Source of the DNA: Podarcis melisellensis
Lineage: Eukaryota
Strand: one strand, 5' to 3'
Length of the DNA stretch: 64,000 nucleotides
NCBI GenBank assembly: GCA_964234715.1
Contig: OZ174291.1
Shown: piece by piece, positions 38,517-50,360 of the stretch
Layout of the letters: each line of letters starts with the position of its first letter
Numbering within the stretch: position 1 is the stretch's first letter
Position numbers and translations under genes: made by a program
Notes under the pieces: generated by a model
What the model was told of the DNA's origin: nothing
Databases searched by the model: none
Seen by the model: only the letters and a program-made list of their open reading frames with translations

Positions 38517-38826
38517 TTGTATCCCGCCTTCCCCGGCCAAAGCCGGGCTCAGAGCGTCTAACAACAGGTAAAAATAGTACAGTGTACATAAAATTGCACA
38601 GTCAATTAATTAAAATACATTCTAGAATCAATTCAGAATCAAATTAATGGCAACCATCGGGTTAGAGCTCTATGAAGATTACAGAAGGAGAGAGGGGGTC
38701 AGACTGTGCCTGGCGGAACAGCTCCGTCTTGCAGGCCCTGTGGAACGATGTCATGTCCCACAGGGCCCTAGTCTCTTGTGACAGAGCATTCCACCAGATT
38801 GGGGCCACGGCCGAGAAAGCCCTGGT
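38470..38826 (-). mobile_element. L2 3' fragment with (AAT)n tail
   Basis: Similar to the 61725-62170 L2 3' end (gccgggctcagagcgtctaaca, cagggcccta..gacagagcattccacca). Confidence 0.7.
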
Positions 38827-40083
38827 GAAAAACCCAAGGCAGTGCTCGACAGCTCTCTTTGGCTTCTGCAGCCCAGCCCTACTAAGGGAACTGAAGGATG
38901 GGAGAAAAAACTATTTCAGCGCCAAGAACCTCTTCCTCTGGGAATCAGTTTCATTGCAGATTCCAGACGCTGTTACGAAATTTGCTTCATGGAACCAAGT
39001 CCAAGCCAGAAATATAAAATCAGCAAAGATTTGAAATCAAAAGAAAATGGTGACATTCTTCTTTTTAAAAATGTCTTTTAAAAGGAATTAAAACTTTCAT
39101 ACTGGGAAGCCATGAAATGTATTCAAAGGCTGCAACTCAAAACAAATTCATTTACAGGCAGAAAATCACACACAAGCATAGCTGGATGGTGGTGACAGGT
39201 TGGTGGGTTTTACCTAAGAAAGTCATTCTCAGGTTACATCCATCAAAATCAATTGTGATCACTGACTTGCTGATTGCTTTCAACAGGTCTACTATCAGCA
39301 TGACTTTAGTTGGAAATAACTAGTATTTCTGCAAAAATCTAACAAGGGAGGTAGATGGATAGCTACAGATCTTTACTGAAGGCACCATCTCATCTATGTG
39401 TCCATTTGCTCTTGCATATCGATGGGCCAGATGAAGATAGGGTGATTTCAAAGTCGAATATGGAAACAGATGACTATTGAGGGCTTTTCTTACTTTTGCA
39501 TTGTGTTAGCTGCTTTGACATTACAACTTACAGGCAGTTTAAAAATTCACAAAATCACAGGCATCTAGTAATGTAAGTGAATTTGATATGTGATCTCTAA
39601 TTGGCTGGGACAGGTGTCTGGTGTGGCATCTGTTGCCCTCCAGATGTTTCTGGATCAAAAGTCTCACCATCCTTGCCTTCTATACCTTCATTACCTCATT
39701 TTCAAGAGAGGGGACTTCAAGTGATTGTGAACATTTGCAAACTCTTGCCAATCAGCTGGGAAGCCCACAAGATGGTCATGATTTCACTAGCACTCCCCCC
39801 GAACTTTGATTCCCAGCTACTGGTAAACAGAGGCATATTGTATCTGGCAGTGGAGGCAGAAAACAATGGCAATATTTTGTGCATGGGGTGTTCAGCTGAG
39901 ATCCTAAGTATGGAAGTCAAATAGCCTATTGAACCTATTTCCAGCTACTCCCGCATCTTTTAAGAGAATGAATGGGGCAGGGTATCTGTTGATCTATCAA
40001 TCAGTATGAAACATGTAGAAGCCTATTGTTGTTGCTGCTGCTGTTCTCCATTCCTTCCTCTTACAGTGGAGGTAGAAAACAAG

Positions 40084-40443
40084 GTAAAGGTAAAGGTACC
40101 CCTGCCCGTACGGGCCAGTCTTGACAGACTCTGGGGTTGTGCGCCCATCTCACTTAAGAGGCCAGGGGCCAGCGCTGTCCGGAGACACTTCCGGGTCACG
40201 TGGCCAGTGTGACATCGCTGCTCTGGCGAGCCAGAGCCGCACACGGAAACGCCGTTTACCTTCCCGCTAGTAAGCGGTCCCTATTTATCTACTTGCACCC
40301 GAGGGTGCTTTCAAACTGCTAGGTTGGCAGGCGCTAGGACCGAGCTGCGGGAGCGCACCCCACCGCAGGGATTCGAACTGCCGACCTTTCGATCGGCAAG
40401 TCCTAGGCGCTGAGGCTTTAACCCACAGCGCCACCTGCGTCCC
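40084..40443 (-). mobile_element. Sauria SINE (second subfamily)
   Basis: Full length; TSD agaaaacaag. Confidence 0.9.
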
Positions 40444-40544
40444 AGAAAACAAGAGTTTTGTTCAAAATAAAGATTTTAACCTCTGGGGAAAACTCTGGAA
40501 AAGTGATCTGAAGTTCACAGCATGTTATTCTTTGAAGGAGAACA

Positions 40545-41210
40545 ACCTGAAAATGATTTACTCTGAGTAGGCAAAGATGTATAAGACTGAATCAGATAAG
40601 TGCTGGAGATGCAAAGAGGCTGAGGGAACATTCTTTCATATGTGGTGGACTTGTAAAAGGGTAAAAGAGTATTGGGAAATGATCCATAATGAATTGAAAA
40701 ACATATTTAAAAGTACTTTAAAGTACTTTAAAGAGTCCTTTCTGTTGGGGATAATTCAGACTGAAATTCCCAGGTGTCAAAAATGTTATTTATATGCCAC
40801 TACTGTGGCCCGTGTTTTGTTAGCCCCAAAATGGAAAACTAACAAGGTCCTAACCAAAGAAGAATGGCAACTTAAGTTGGCAGAATATGTGCAGCTTGCA
40901 GACTTAACATATAGAATAAGAGAACAAGAAAAGCATATGTTTAGAGAAGATTGGGAAAAGTTTATTGAATATATGGGAAATAACAGTGGACAGGTGAAAA
41001 TGCTGGCAGCATTAAGATAAATTCAACAGTGTAAATAAGTTATGATGGATGTAATAATGGAATACTGAATGGTATAGTTTCTATAAAATATGCAGGGATT
41101 TATGATATGTAAAATGAATCATGGAAAGAGAAGAATGGAAGTCATTGATAGCTTAAGGATGTAAAAACTGAGTACTTTAAATTGTAAAGCAGAAAATTTA
41201 ATAAACATTA
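40545..41210 (+). mobile_element. L1-clade LINE 3' fragment
   Basis: CWRCKEAEGTFFHMWWTC zinc knuckle; ORF 40577-41020. Confidence 0.85.
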
Positions 41211-41213
41211 GGT

Positions 41214-41545
41214 TAAGGTAAAGGGACCCCTGACCGCTAAGTCCAGTCGTGGATGACTCTGGGGTTGTGTGCTCATCTCACTCTAGAGGCCGAGGGAGCC
41301 GGTGTTCGTCTGTAGACAGCTTCCGGGTCATGTGGCCAGCATGACTAAGCCGCTTCTGGTGAACCAGAGCAGTGCACAGAAACGCCATTTACCTTCCCAC
41401 CGGAGTGGTACCTATTTATCTACTTGCACTTTGACACGCTTTTGAACTGCTAGGTGGGCACAAGCAGAGACCGAGCAACGGGAGCTCACCCCGTCGCAGG
41501 GATTCAAACCGCCGACCTTCTGATCGGCTAACTAAGCTCTAGGCA
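41214..41545 (-). mobile_element. Sauria SINE
   Basis: Collinear with the other copies. Confidence 0.88.
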
Positions 41546-41955
41546 AAGAAAACAAGAGATTTGTTCTGTGTATGGACTGATCAACTGAAATCCTATGTCA
41601 GACAGTATCACAAGCTGCTGAGAAGATAGCCAGCTACTTCAGCTACTTTAGAGAGATTGAATAGGAACAGGGTATCTGCTGATCTGTCTGAAAGCAAGAA
41701 ACATGCAAGCAATTTTATGTTTCATTAAATCTGTTTAGCAGAAGAATGAAAATGCAAAGATCAAAAGTGTCAGAAAGGGCAAGGCGCATTGTGGGGAGCT
41801 GAAGAAATGCTAACGATTTTGTGTCATTTTTCTTTCTTATTAAAGTAATTAGGGGGCATGAGACATTTCAGAAACAGTTTGCTAATTAAAGCCTCGGGGT
41901 GAAGGGGGTGTATCCCAGCTAGCTGTAGGGCCATCAAAGGACACAGCCAAAATAG

Positions 41956-42044
41956 TATAAAAGGGCTCCTTGGGCTGAGATATCCCAACAGCTTCGCTTG
42001 ACTTTATCTCCTTGTCTCCATTTCTACTCTTCGGAAACTTTGGT
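41956..42044 (+). promoter_or_regulatory. g7 TATA, exon 1 and donor (type B)
   Basis: TATAAAA 41956-41962; aactttg|gtaagtca donor at 42043. Confidence 0.85.
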
Positions 42045-42145
42045 AAGTCAAGTCTACCTTTATATGTTAGAATGTTACCTTTAAATGATTCTTGCACTTT
42101 CAAGAGGTTCAGATTTCTGAACTCCAAGAGAACACCAAAATTCTA

Positions 42146-42339
42146 AACAAAAAAAATTCCTTCCAGTAGCACCTTAAAGACCAACTAAGTTAGTTCTTGG
42201 TATGAGCTTTCGTGTGCATGCACACTTCTTCAGATACGAAAGCTCATACCAAGAACTAACTTAGTTGGTCTTTAAGGTGCTACTGGAAGGAATTTTTTTT
42301 GTTTTGACTATGGCAGACCAACACGGCTACCTATCTGTA
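42146..42339. mobile_element. Penelope-like element remnant (inverted terminal repeat) in g7 intron
   Basis: Perfect 69-bp inverted arms 42145-42213 and 42236-42304; TSD accaaaattcta at 42134-42145 and 42340-42351; hammerhead-like core. Confidence 0.75.
42200..42237 (-). ncRNA. Minimal type-I hammerhead ribozyme motif (PLE-associated)
   Basis: Minus strand reads GUAU-CUGAAGA-A-GUGUG(CAUG)CACAC-GAAA-GC-UC^AUAC: core boxes, stem II, palindromic AGCU in place of stem III, and a 4-bp stem I. Confidence 0.6.
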
Positions 42340-42399
42340 ACCAAAATTCTATTAATCTTTGAGATGTGTAGAAATTGTGTGTTTGTATGTGTGTATACA

Positions 42400-42712
42400 G
42401 GGACACGGGTGGCACTGTGGTCGGCGGTTCGAATCCCCGTGACGGGGTGAGCTCCTGTTGCTCGGTCCCAGCTCCTGCTCACCTAGTAGTTCGAAAGCAC
42501 GTCAAAGTGCAAGTAGATAAATAGGTACCGCTCTGGCGGGAAGGCAAACAGTGTTTCCGTGCGCTGCTCTGGTTCGCCAGAAGCGGCTTGGTCGTGCTGG
42601 CCACATGACCTGGAAGCTGTACGCTGGCTCCCTCAGCCAATAAAGCAAGATGAGCGCCACAACCCCAGAGTCGGCCACTACTGGACCTAATGGTCAGGGG
42701 TCCCTTTACCTT
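42400..42712 (+). mobile_element. Sauria SINE (internally deleted) in g7 intron
   Basis: gggacacgggtggcactgtgg head, ccctttacctttt tail; flanked by tatgtgtgtataca duplication. Confidence 0.88.
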
Positions 42713-44245
42713 TTATGTGTGTATACACAGTCTTCTGAAAATTGGAAGTTGCCTTCTCCTAGCTTGCAGTGTTAGCCTGTTGAGCTCAGTATTACCTACA
42801 ATGACCACCAGTAAAGATCCAGGATTTCTGATCAGATTCCATGCCCAGCTGCACCCAGCCCATGACATTCTGCATGCAGAGCAGATGTTCTCCCAGTTAA
42901 CTACAGCCTCTCCCCCTGCCCGCCACCCATCTTATAGTATTTGAAACATGCTTTCAGAAGTAGGTATCTCTGTTTTCTTGGGAAGCTGGGATTCTGGGTC
43001 CCATTCTACCACACATTGTGGAAATCCAGCATTCATCATTACCGTGAGCAAAACTAGCCTCATATGCTTAAGTCTTTTTAATTCATGAAGGGGTTAAGAC
43101 CATAGAGTAAGCTGTCTTTCCAGGGTTAGCTCACCTTGAGAGGGGTTAGATAATCAAGGTTTTGTTCTTTCCCAGTCTAAGTGAAGATGCTAGGCTGGTT
43201 GATCCAGCTTCGCCGCATGGCTCTCACAAGCCACTCTTGAGTTCCCATAAAAAATAATTAGGAACTTTCATCATGCTGCAATTAAGCCCAGTACTGCCTG
43301 TGCAACTTGTCTGACTGATGTGTGGAAAAGCACATGAAACTGACCTTTGAAGGGTTTGTAAGTAAACCAATTTTAAAATTGCCAACCTTGTGCTCTTTTC
43401 CTATGCTCAGGAAGGAGGGAAGTTTTGAAACTTGCAAGGGCATGTTTCAAAGGTATAACAGTTTTTATGTCCATGCTCTATTTCCAGAAATTCTCTTTTA
43501 TACCTTTTTTTTTTTCATTGAACAAAAAAAAAATCTAGCACTCATCACTCTCTATGGTTGGATACCTTTCATATTTCACCAATCATGTAACCTTCACGAG
43601 AACTGACACCAGAGGGCAGCACAAACTAATATTAATGTGCTTTTTGTGGAACAAAATTTCATGGAAGACCTGTGTTTAAAAAGCAGGGTATTGGTCCATC
43701 TAACTCAGTATTGTGTACAGTTTATCTTGTGTATTTTATGAAGTCAAGTATTTAGCTGCCTAGTACTGAGTCAGACTCTTGGTCCATATAGCTTGCTATT
43801 GTCTACAACGACCAGCTGTGACTCTCCAGACCAGGTTTCAAAGAGGGAACATTTCTTAGCTCAACCTGGAGATTCCTGGGACTAAACATGAGACTTTCTG
43901 CATGCAAAACATATGTCCTTCCCCCAGAAAGTGATGGTCCTTCCCCTAGAAATAAAGAGCTCAGACCTCATGGCTCTGATCTTCCTGGAACCATGAGGGA
44001 AGAGAAGAGCTGTAGTGGCGACGTAGAGGACAATACAGAATACATGAATTAGGGCTTCATATTTGACGAATAACAGAAGACAGCTGATTTTCATTCAAGG
44101 AAGATGGTTTAAATTGGGTGAAATGGGATTAAGGGAAATATCCTAATACATCAGGCAGAAACCCTTCACTCCCCACTGAAGTGATGTACCCCGCACTTAT
44201 TTTCTCCCTTGGTGCTTTTGGTTTCAGACTCACCTCCACCCAACA

Positions 44246-44755
44246 ATGGTTGACTGTGGTCCATCCTGCGCTGTCCCATCCTGTGCTTCCACCCCCACTG
44301 TTGGGTTTGGTTCAGCAGGAGGTCTTGGCTATGGTGGTCTCGGCTATGGATTGGGAGGTCTCGGCTATGGAAATGGAGGATTCGGCTACGGATATGGCGG
44401 TCTCGGCTATGGCTATGGAGGTGCTGAAAGAGCAGCCAATCTCGGAGTCCTGGCAGGAGTTGCCCCATCCTGCATCAACCAGATCCCACCAGCAGAGGTC
44501 GTGGTCCAGCCACCTGCCTCCGTTCTGACCATCCCAGGGCCCATCCTCTCTGCCAGCTGTGAGCCTGTGGCTGTTGGAGGCAACACTCCATGTGCCGTTG
44601 GTGGTTCCGGGATCGTAGGAGGCTATGGCTATGGGTCTGGTCTCCTTGGAAGCAATTTTGGTGGCTTCCTTGGAGGTTCCCATTTTGGTCTGAGGAGGGG
44701 TGGGCTCTTTGGAAGGAAATCCCTGCTGGCACGTCGTGGTAGTGTGTGCTATTAA
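44246..44755 (+). CDS. Corneous beta-protein g7, 169 aa (type B with its own tail)
   Basis: CBP core; distinct tail GSNFGGFLGGSHFGLRRGGLFGRKSLLARRGSVCY; acceptor AG 44226-44227; ATTAAA 45055-45060. Confidence 0.95.
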   Translation: MVDCGPSCAVPSCASTPTVGFGSAGGLGYGGLGYGLGGLGYGNGGFGYGYGGLGYGYGGAERAANLGVLAGVAPSCINQIPPAEVVVQPPASVLTIPGPILSASCEPVAVGGNTPCAVGGSGIVGGYGYGSGLLGSNFGGFLGGSHFGLRRGGLFGRKSLLARRGSVCY

Positions 44756-45512
44756 GCCTACTGAACTTGTTAAGAAAAAATCTGTCTGATGATTATAGCC
44801 ATGACCCTGAATGGGTGAAGATGATGCAAATCTATTATTATTTAGTGTCTTGTCCTGAATTCTGAGCTTCTGGGACCATCCTAGAAGCCAATATCTTTTG
44901 CATGAATTCTAGCCATGTTTCATTTCTCCTTCTTTCCCCCTTGAAAGTATTTGATCCATGAATGAGTTCAGGGCCCCATTGTGCTCTGTGTTCCTTTGCC
45001 TTCCTCATCTCCTTCTTCTTGCACAATTGTCAACTTGATACTTTCCACCTTTTTATTAAAGCTCATTCTTTATTCTAATATGGCTCTCTCTTCATTTGGC
45101 ACCTTTTGGCAACAATTCCTCAGAGGAGGAAATCTTCCTCTTAATCTATAATAACATGGTCATTGATCAACATTACGAACACATTGTCCAGGAGTATTTA
45201 AAAAATGGGGGGGGGACACGAATAAAATAAAATAAATACAAGCAGCATGAAACAAAGTAAATACAAGCAGCTCAGAATTAAGTAAAATGCGCATCAACAT
45301 TTGAAACATCTAAATCATAGCACAAACTCCAAAGAGGAAAATTTCAGAACGTTAAATGTCAGTTCTTGGTGAATTTTGCTTGCTGCAGCACAATACATTT
45401 CTATGCTGAGAGTGATAGATGGGCTTTGATTTGAAATAAGTAGAATGGTAGTCTCTCACACCGGCACATTCTTGGAGTATGCTGGCCCAGAGAGACCCTG
45501 AATTATTCAATA

Positions 45513-45708
45513 AATGCAGAACCTTTCATTTATCCCTGTTGAAACTCATTTTGCTAGTTTGAGCCCAGCTCTCCAATCTGTTACAGTCATTTTGAATCCT
45601 GATTGTGTCTTCAGTGGTGTTACGTACCCCTCCCTGTTTGGTGCCATCTGCACATCTGATGAGCATCCACTCAGTTCCTTCATCCAAGTCATTTATAAAG
45701 ACGCTGAA
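45513..45708 (-). mobile_element. CR1 LINE reverse transcriptase fragment
   Basis: LFSVFINDLDEG...ADGTK..GV.NT.ED.IRIQND..RLESWA...KMSFNRDK. Confidence 0.85.
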
Positions 45709-46180
45709 CAACAACAACAACAACAACCTTCTTGACACATATAATCCAAAAATGGTTGTCACACATTATAGAAAAGATGGGGGTTAGAATTCTCCTTGGT
45801 TTCACAATCTGACACATCAGATTTTCAGCCAGGGCAATTGTCCAAGCTCTAGAATACCATGCTTTAATGTCCAAGCCCAAGGTAGTGCGCCATCACATGA
45901 CTATTTCCATGTGTGCCACTATGAGGAGAAACATAAAAAGTACTTTATGAGCAATTGTTGGAGAAGACATGCCCTTTATTTCAAGCAAAGCAAGTTGATG
46001 GGTAGGTTCATTTTGTATATTAAACTCAGTTCTTTAAATTCCAGAATCCAAAATGGATAAGCAGATTTGAAAAACCCCTACATATGTACAGTATTAAGAT
46101 CCAGTACTAAGATTGATGTCACCGCTGGTATCATGTGGGAAATACAGAAAAGGGTAAGAGACCAGCTATGTAAGAGTTTC

Positions 46181-46429
46181 AAGAAGAAGAAGAGTTTGGA
46201 TTTAATATCCCACTTTATCACTACCCGAAGGAGTCTCAAAGCAGCTAACATTCTCCTTTCCCTTCCTCCCCCACAACAAACACTCTGTGAGGTGAGTGGG
46301 GCTGAGAGACTTCAGAGAAGTGTGACCAGCCCAAGGTCACGCAGCAGCTGCATGTGGAGAAGCAGAGACGCGAACCCTGTTCACCAGATTATGAGTCTAC
46401 TGCTCTTAACCACTACACCACACTGGCTC
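46181..46429 (-). mobile_element. Squam3-like tRNA-derived SINE
   Basis: Head GAGCCAGTGTGGTGTAGTGGTTAAGAG; (TTC)n tail. An older related copy lies at about 58510-58727. Confidence 0.75.
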
Positions 46430-47197
46430 CATTACTTGGAGGATTCCATATACAGGGATTGGTTTTGCTCTCTGCAGTTTTCTTGAAATTGTCAGGAGGT
46501 GAAAATCATGTCCACTGTCCTCCTAGAAGGTCTAAAACCATTTTGGATTTCAGGAAGGGTAACCTCGGATATTGTTAGGAGATGGTTTGCTAAGATTCTT
46601 CAAGAATTTTGCCGGTCACAGATAATAAAAAGATGCCTTGATAGTTTCTGCAATTTGCTTTATCACCTTTTCTTAAAGAGATTGATAATTTTGGCATCCC
46701 TAAAGTCTGCTGGGATCTCTTCTCTCTCTCCCAGACTCTCCCCCCCCCCAATGAGCTTGTGATACCACACCCTTTGTTGTAGCAGGAGCATTCACCATAA
46801 GTTGTTCTAAAGCAGTCAACTCTCAGTCTGCTTAAATGGCTGTGCATGGTTTTAACAGAAAGAAAAACAACTGATTAAAATCAAACCATGGCCATGCTAC
46901 ACTAGGAGTTTTAGTCAAGAACTGTTCTTTACGTTGGGGAGGAACCAGTTACATAAAAAAAAAAAAACCTGAGTCTACATAGACCTGATTGTTCCCAGCC
47001 AGTGGCATAGATTGGAGTGGGGGAGTACAGCGGTGCTTCCCCGGGCACAAAATTGCTAGGGGTGCAAAATTTCAACACCTGGTGCTGCCTCAATACAGCT
47101 GTGCAATTCCATTGCTGGGCCCAGTTGAAAATGGCTTCTCTATGTGAAGCAGGAAGTGACTTCTCCAGAAAGTGACCTCTCCAATCAACAGAATGAC

Positions 47198-47200
<3 letters not shown>

Positions 47201-47241
<41 letters not shown>

Positions 47242-47580
47242 TCTGTTGGCTCCCAACGCAATATTAAAAACACGGTACAACATCAAACATTGAAAGCTTC
47301 TCAAAACATGACTGCCTTCAGATGTCTTCTTAAAGTCAGATAGTTGTTTATTTCTTTGACATCTGATGGGAGGGCAGGTGCCACTACCAAGAAGGCCCTC
47401 TTCCTGGTTCCCTGTAACCTCACTTCTCGCAGTAAGGGAACCGCCAGAAGGCCCTTGGTGCTGGACCTCAGTGTCCGGGCTGAATGATGGGGGTGGAGAC
47501 ACTCCTTCAGGTATTCTGGGCTGAGGCCTTTTAGGGCTTTAAAGGTCAGCACCAACACTTTGAATTATACTCAGAAACGT
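47201..47580 (-). mobile_element. L2 3' fragment with (AAT)n tail
   Basis: LVLTFKALKGLSPEYLKE...EVRLQGTRKRAFLVVAP. Confidence 0.8.
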
Positions 47581-48660
47581 GCTCTTATCTCTGTGGTTGC
47601 AATTTCCTGGGTGACGCGGACGCTGTTAGGTGGCTGAATGTGCACACATATTCGGTCCATTTAATCCCACTCTGTATGGCCCCAGGCTCTGGCAACCCAT
47701 GCTTTGCCACTGTTCCCACCCTTCCCAGTTCCTTGATCTTCTTAATACACAAAAGTTCTGCACACGGGATGTTTCATTAATTGTCACCTACACTTTTGGG
47801 AAACTACCATTTGTTGTAGTGCTTCACAACTCCCTAGGCATTCACAACCGACATAAAACCCCTTTCCCCAAAATACATTTACTCCATCAGTCAAAGGAAC
47901 TGCTTCAGATAATTTCCAATCTGCTGTCTATATTTACTTCCTTCATTTCAGCAAAGTCTGGTGAGGAGAGAGATGCTATTCTTGAATCCATCTCTTTCTG
48001 TATCTGCTTCATCACAAACTGAATTAGCTCCCTGCATATTAGACACGGACTCCGCCTCAACAGAAAACAGTCTCCAGGTTTGCTTACAGCAGCTTTTGCC
48101 TTTTGACTCCTAGTGACAGGGTAAACCTTCTCTCCGGCTCCCAGTATATTCTGCCTAAGAATTTTGGCACATCTTTCCCTCTCCAGTAAATCTTTGCCTC
48201 AGATACTGGGAGCTAATCTGGATGCCGTCGGTGACCTTTGCTGTTTCGTGAGGAAACATATTTGTGGAAGTATTTAGATCTTCTCTTAATAAACTTGTAC
48301 CTTGTAAACTTGTAAACTTGATTCTTGTACCTGTGTCTAGAGATGCCCAGTGTGTGTTGTTATTCATTAAAACTTTCTCCATTAACTCAGTGTCAAAGTT
48401 TGAAGCTTTCTCAAACCTCATTTTACAGAGTTTGACCTTTTGGGAGGGCTTGGACTGGTTTGGACTCAGTCTGACCCTTATGTTTCTCTCCCCTTATGGT
48501 TTTGATCTATGGGCTACTTTTAAAATGAGGCTGCATTTTAAATTGATTTTTAACCTGTATTTTAAATCTGGTTTTTTTTCTATTATGTTTTTATTGTAAT
48601 TTTACTGGTGTTAGCCGCCCTGAGCCCAGCTCTGAACGGGGAGGGCAGGGTGTAAATAAA

Positions 48661-48661
<1 letters not shown>

Positions 48662-48691
<30 letters not shown>

Positions 48692-48734
48692 CTTCTTCTT
48701 CTTCTTCTTCTTCTTCTTCTTCTTCTTCTTCTTC
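48662..48734. repeat. (TTC)n microsatellite at the tail of an L2-type 3' end (about 48450-48660)
   Basis: Directly visible. Confidence 0.9.
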
Positions 48735-49868
48735 AGGCGAGATGTCTACAGCTTTTGCCATTTTAACTGGGGAGCTGGGATACTAGGTGCTACTGACCTG
48801 ACTTCGCACCTTTCTCTGTGCAGTTTGCTTGCCTCTCTCCTCCTCTTCAAGACTAATTGGTCTGCTAACACAATCACCTTGTGGACATTCTGAGGATTTC
48901 TGTCTCTCAAAATTCGAGAAAATGTATAGAGAGACTTTTTTCTCCCTTTCTCATCTTGCTAGAAGCAGGGGTCATGCAGGGAACCAGAATCTTGCAGAAT
49001 TCAGTGGAAGTAAAAGGATATAGTTCTTCACAAAATGCATAAACTTCTAGATTCAGTACCAGAAGGTGTGGCGATTGCCACCAGCTTGGATGGCTTTAAA
49101 TGCAGATTACAAATAAAAAAATAAAGTCAAGGTTTAAATGTGCTTAATATATTTCTTTAACTCGTGTATGCAATAATTTAAAACTGCTATCAAAATACAG
49201 TATCTGACTGAAAGGCTGGATAATCCTGCAGCATTTGACTACATTATCTCCTATCAAAAATATGTTATTGTCTAAAGTCTTGTAACATATTGATTACAAA
49301 AGCTGTAGTCCACAATAAATTCCACACTGTGTACATATGCAAATGTTGCAAAACTACAAAAGATTATCCAGCTATTATGACTGTTGCTTCTCTGAATAAA
49401 TAATGGTTTGAGGCACTCTAAGAGGGGACTTGTTTTGAAAAAGGGGGAAAGGATAATTCTCTCAAGGCGAGAGAACTATAACCACATAGAACTATACCAT
49501 TCAGGGGGCCAGAGAGAAAGATGTCCTGCAAATGTTCCAATTTTAGTTTGGCCAAAAACTGCTTCAGACAGCTGAGGCCCTGGACACCTTGCTATGTGGA
49601 ACTGAGGCTTTACATTTAAAAACCAAGACAAACAGGTTATCAGAATGCAGAACAAGCTTTATTGAAAAGGTCAAAGTAAGAGCATTGAAAGGGGCAAAGA
49701 AGAAAATCGGTGTAGAAGGATCTTTTTTCTTCTGCACTCTGAAGCAAAGAACGGAGGATGAATTCCAGGAGTGATTGCTTGAATTCAGCTTTTCTGAACC
49801 ATGGCCGATAGATCTGTATCAAGCTCTCTGATTATCAGTTCAGGATATGCTTCTCAGGTTTAATTGGT

Positions 49869-50360
49869 CTATGAACAGATGCTAAAACGACGCCCGAACT
49901 TCCTTCCCCTCCCGTAGCCCAAACCATAGCCGAAACCTCCAGAGCTTCCAAGGAAACCAGACCCAAGGCCCAAGCCCCCATAGCCTCCTACAATCCCGGA
50001 ACCACCAACTGCACATGGAGTGTTGCCTCCAACAGCCACAGGCTCACAGCTGGCAGAGAGGATGGGCCCTGGGATGGTCACAATGCAGGCAGGTGGCTGG
50101 ACCACGACCTCTGCTGGTGGGATCTGGTTGATGGGTTTAGGGATAATCCCATCTAGGATGCCAAGGTTGGCTGCTCTTTCAGCACCTCCATTTCCATAGC
50201 CGAGACCACCAAATCCATAGCCGAATCCTCCATTTCCATAGCCGAGACCTCCCAATCCGTAGCCGAGACCACCATAGCCAAGACCTCCTGCTGAGCCAAA
50301 CCCAACGGTGGGGGTGGAAGCACAGGATGGGACAGCACAGGATGGACCACAGTCAACCAT
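49869..50360 (-). CDS. Corneous beta-protein g8, 163 aa
   Basis: CBP with variant core entry GILDGIIPKPINQIPP; acceptor 50379-50380; polyA signal 49658-49663. Confidence 0.95.
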   Translation of the reverse strand: MVDCGPSCAVPSCASTPTVGFGSAGGLGYGGLGYGLGGLGYGNGGFGYGFGGLGYGNGGAERAANLGILDGIIPKPINQIPPAEVVVQPPACIVTIPGPILSASCEPVAVGGNTPCAVGGSGIVGGYGGLGLGSGFLGSSGGFGYGLGYGRGRKFGRRFSICS

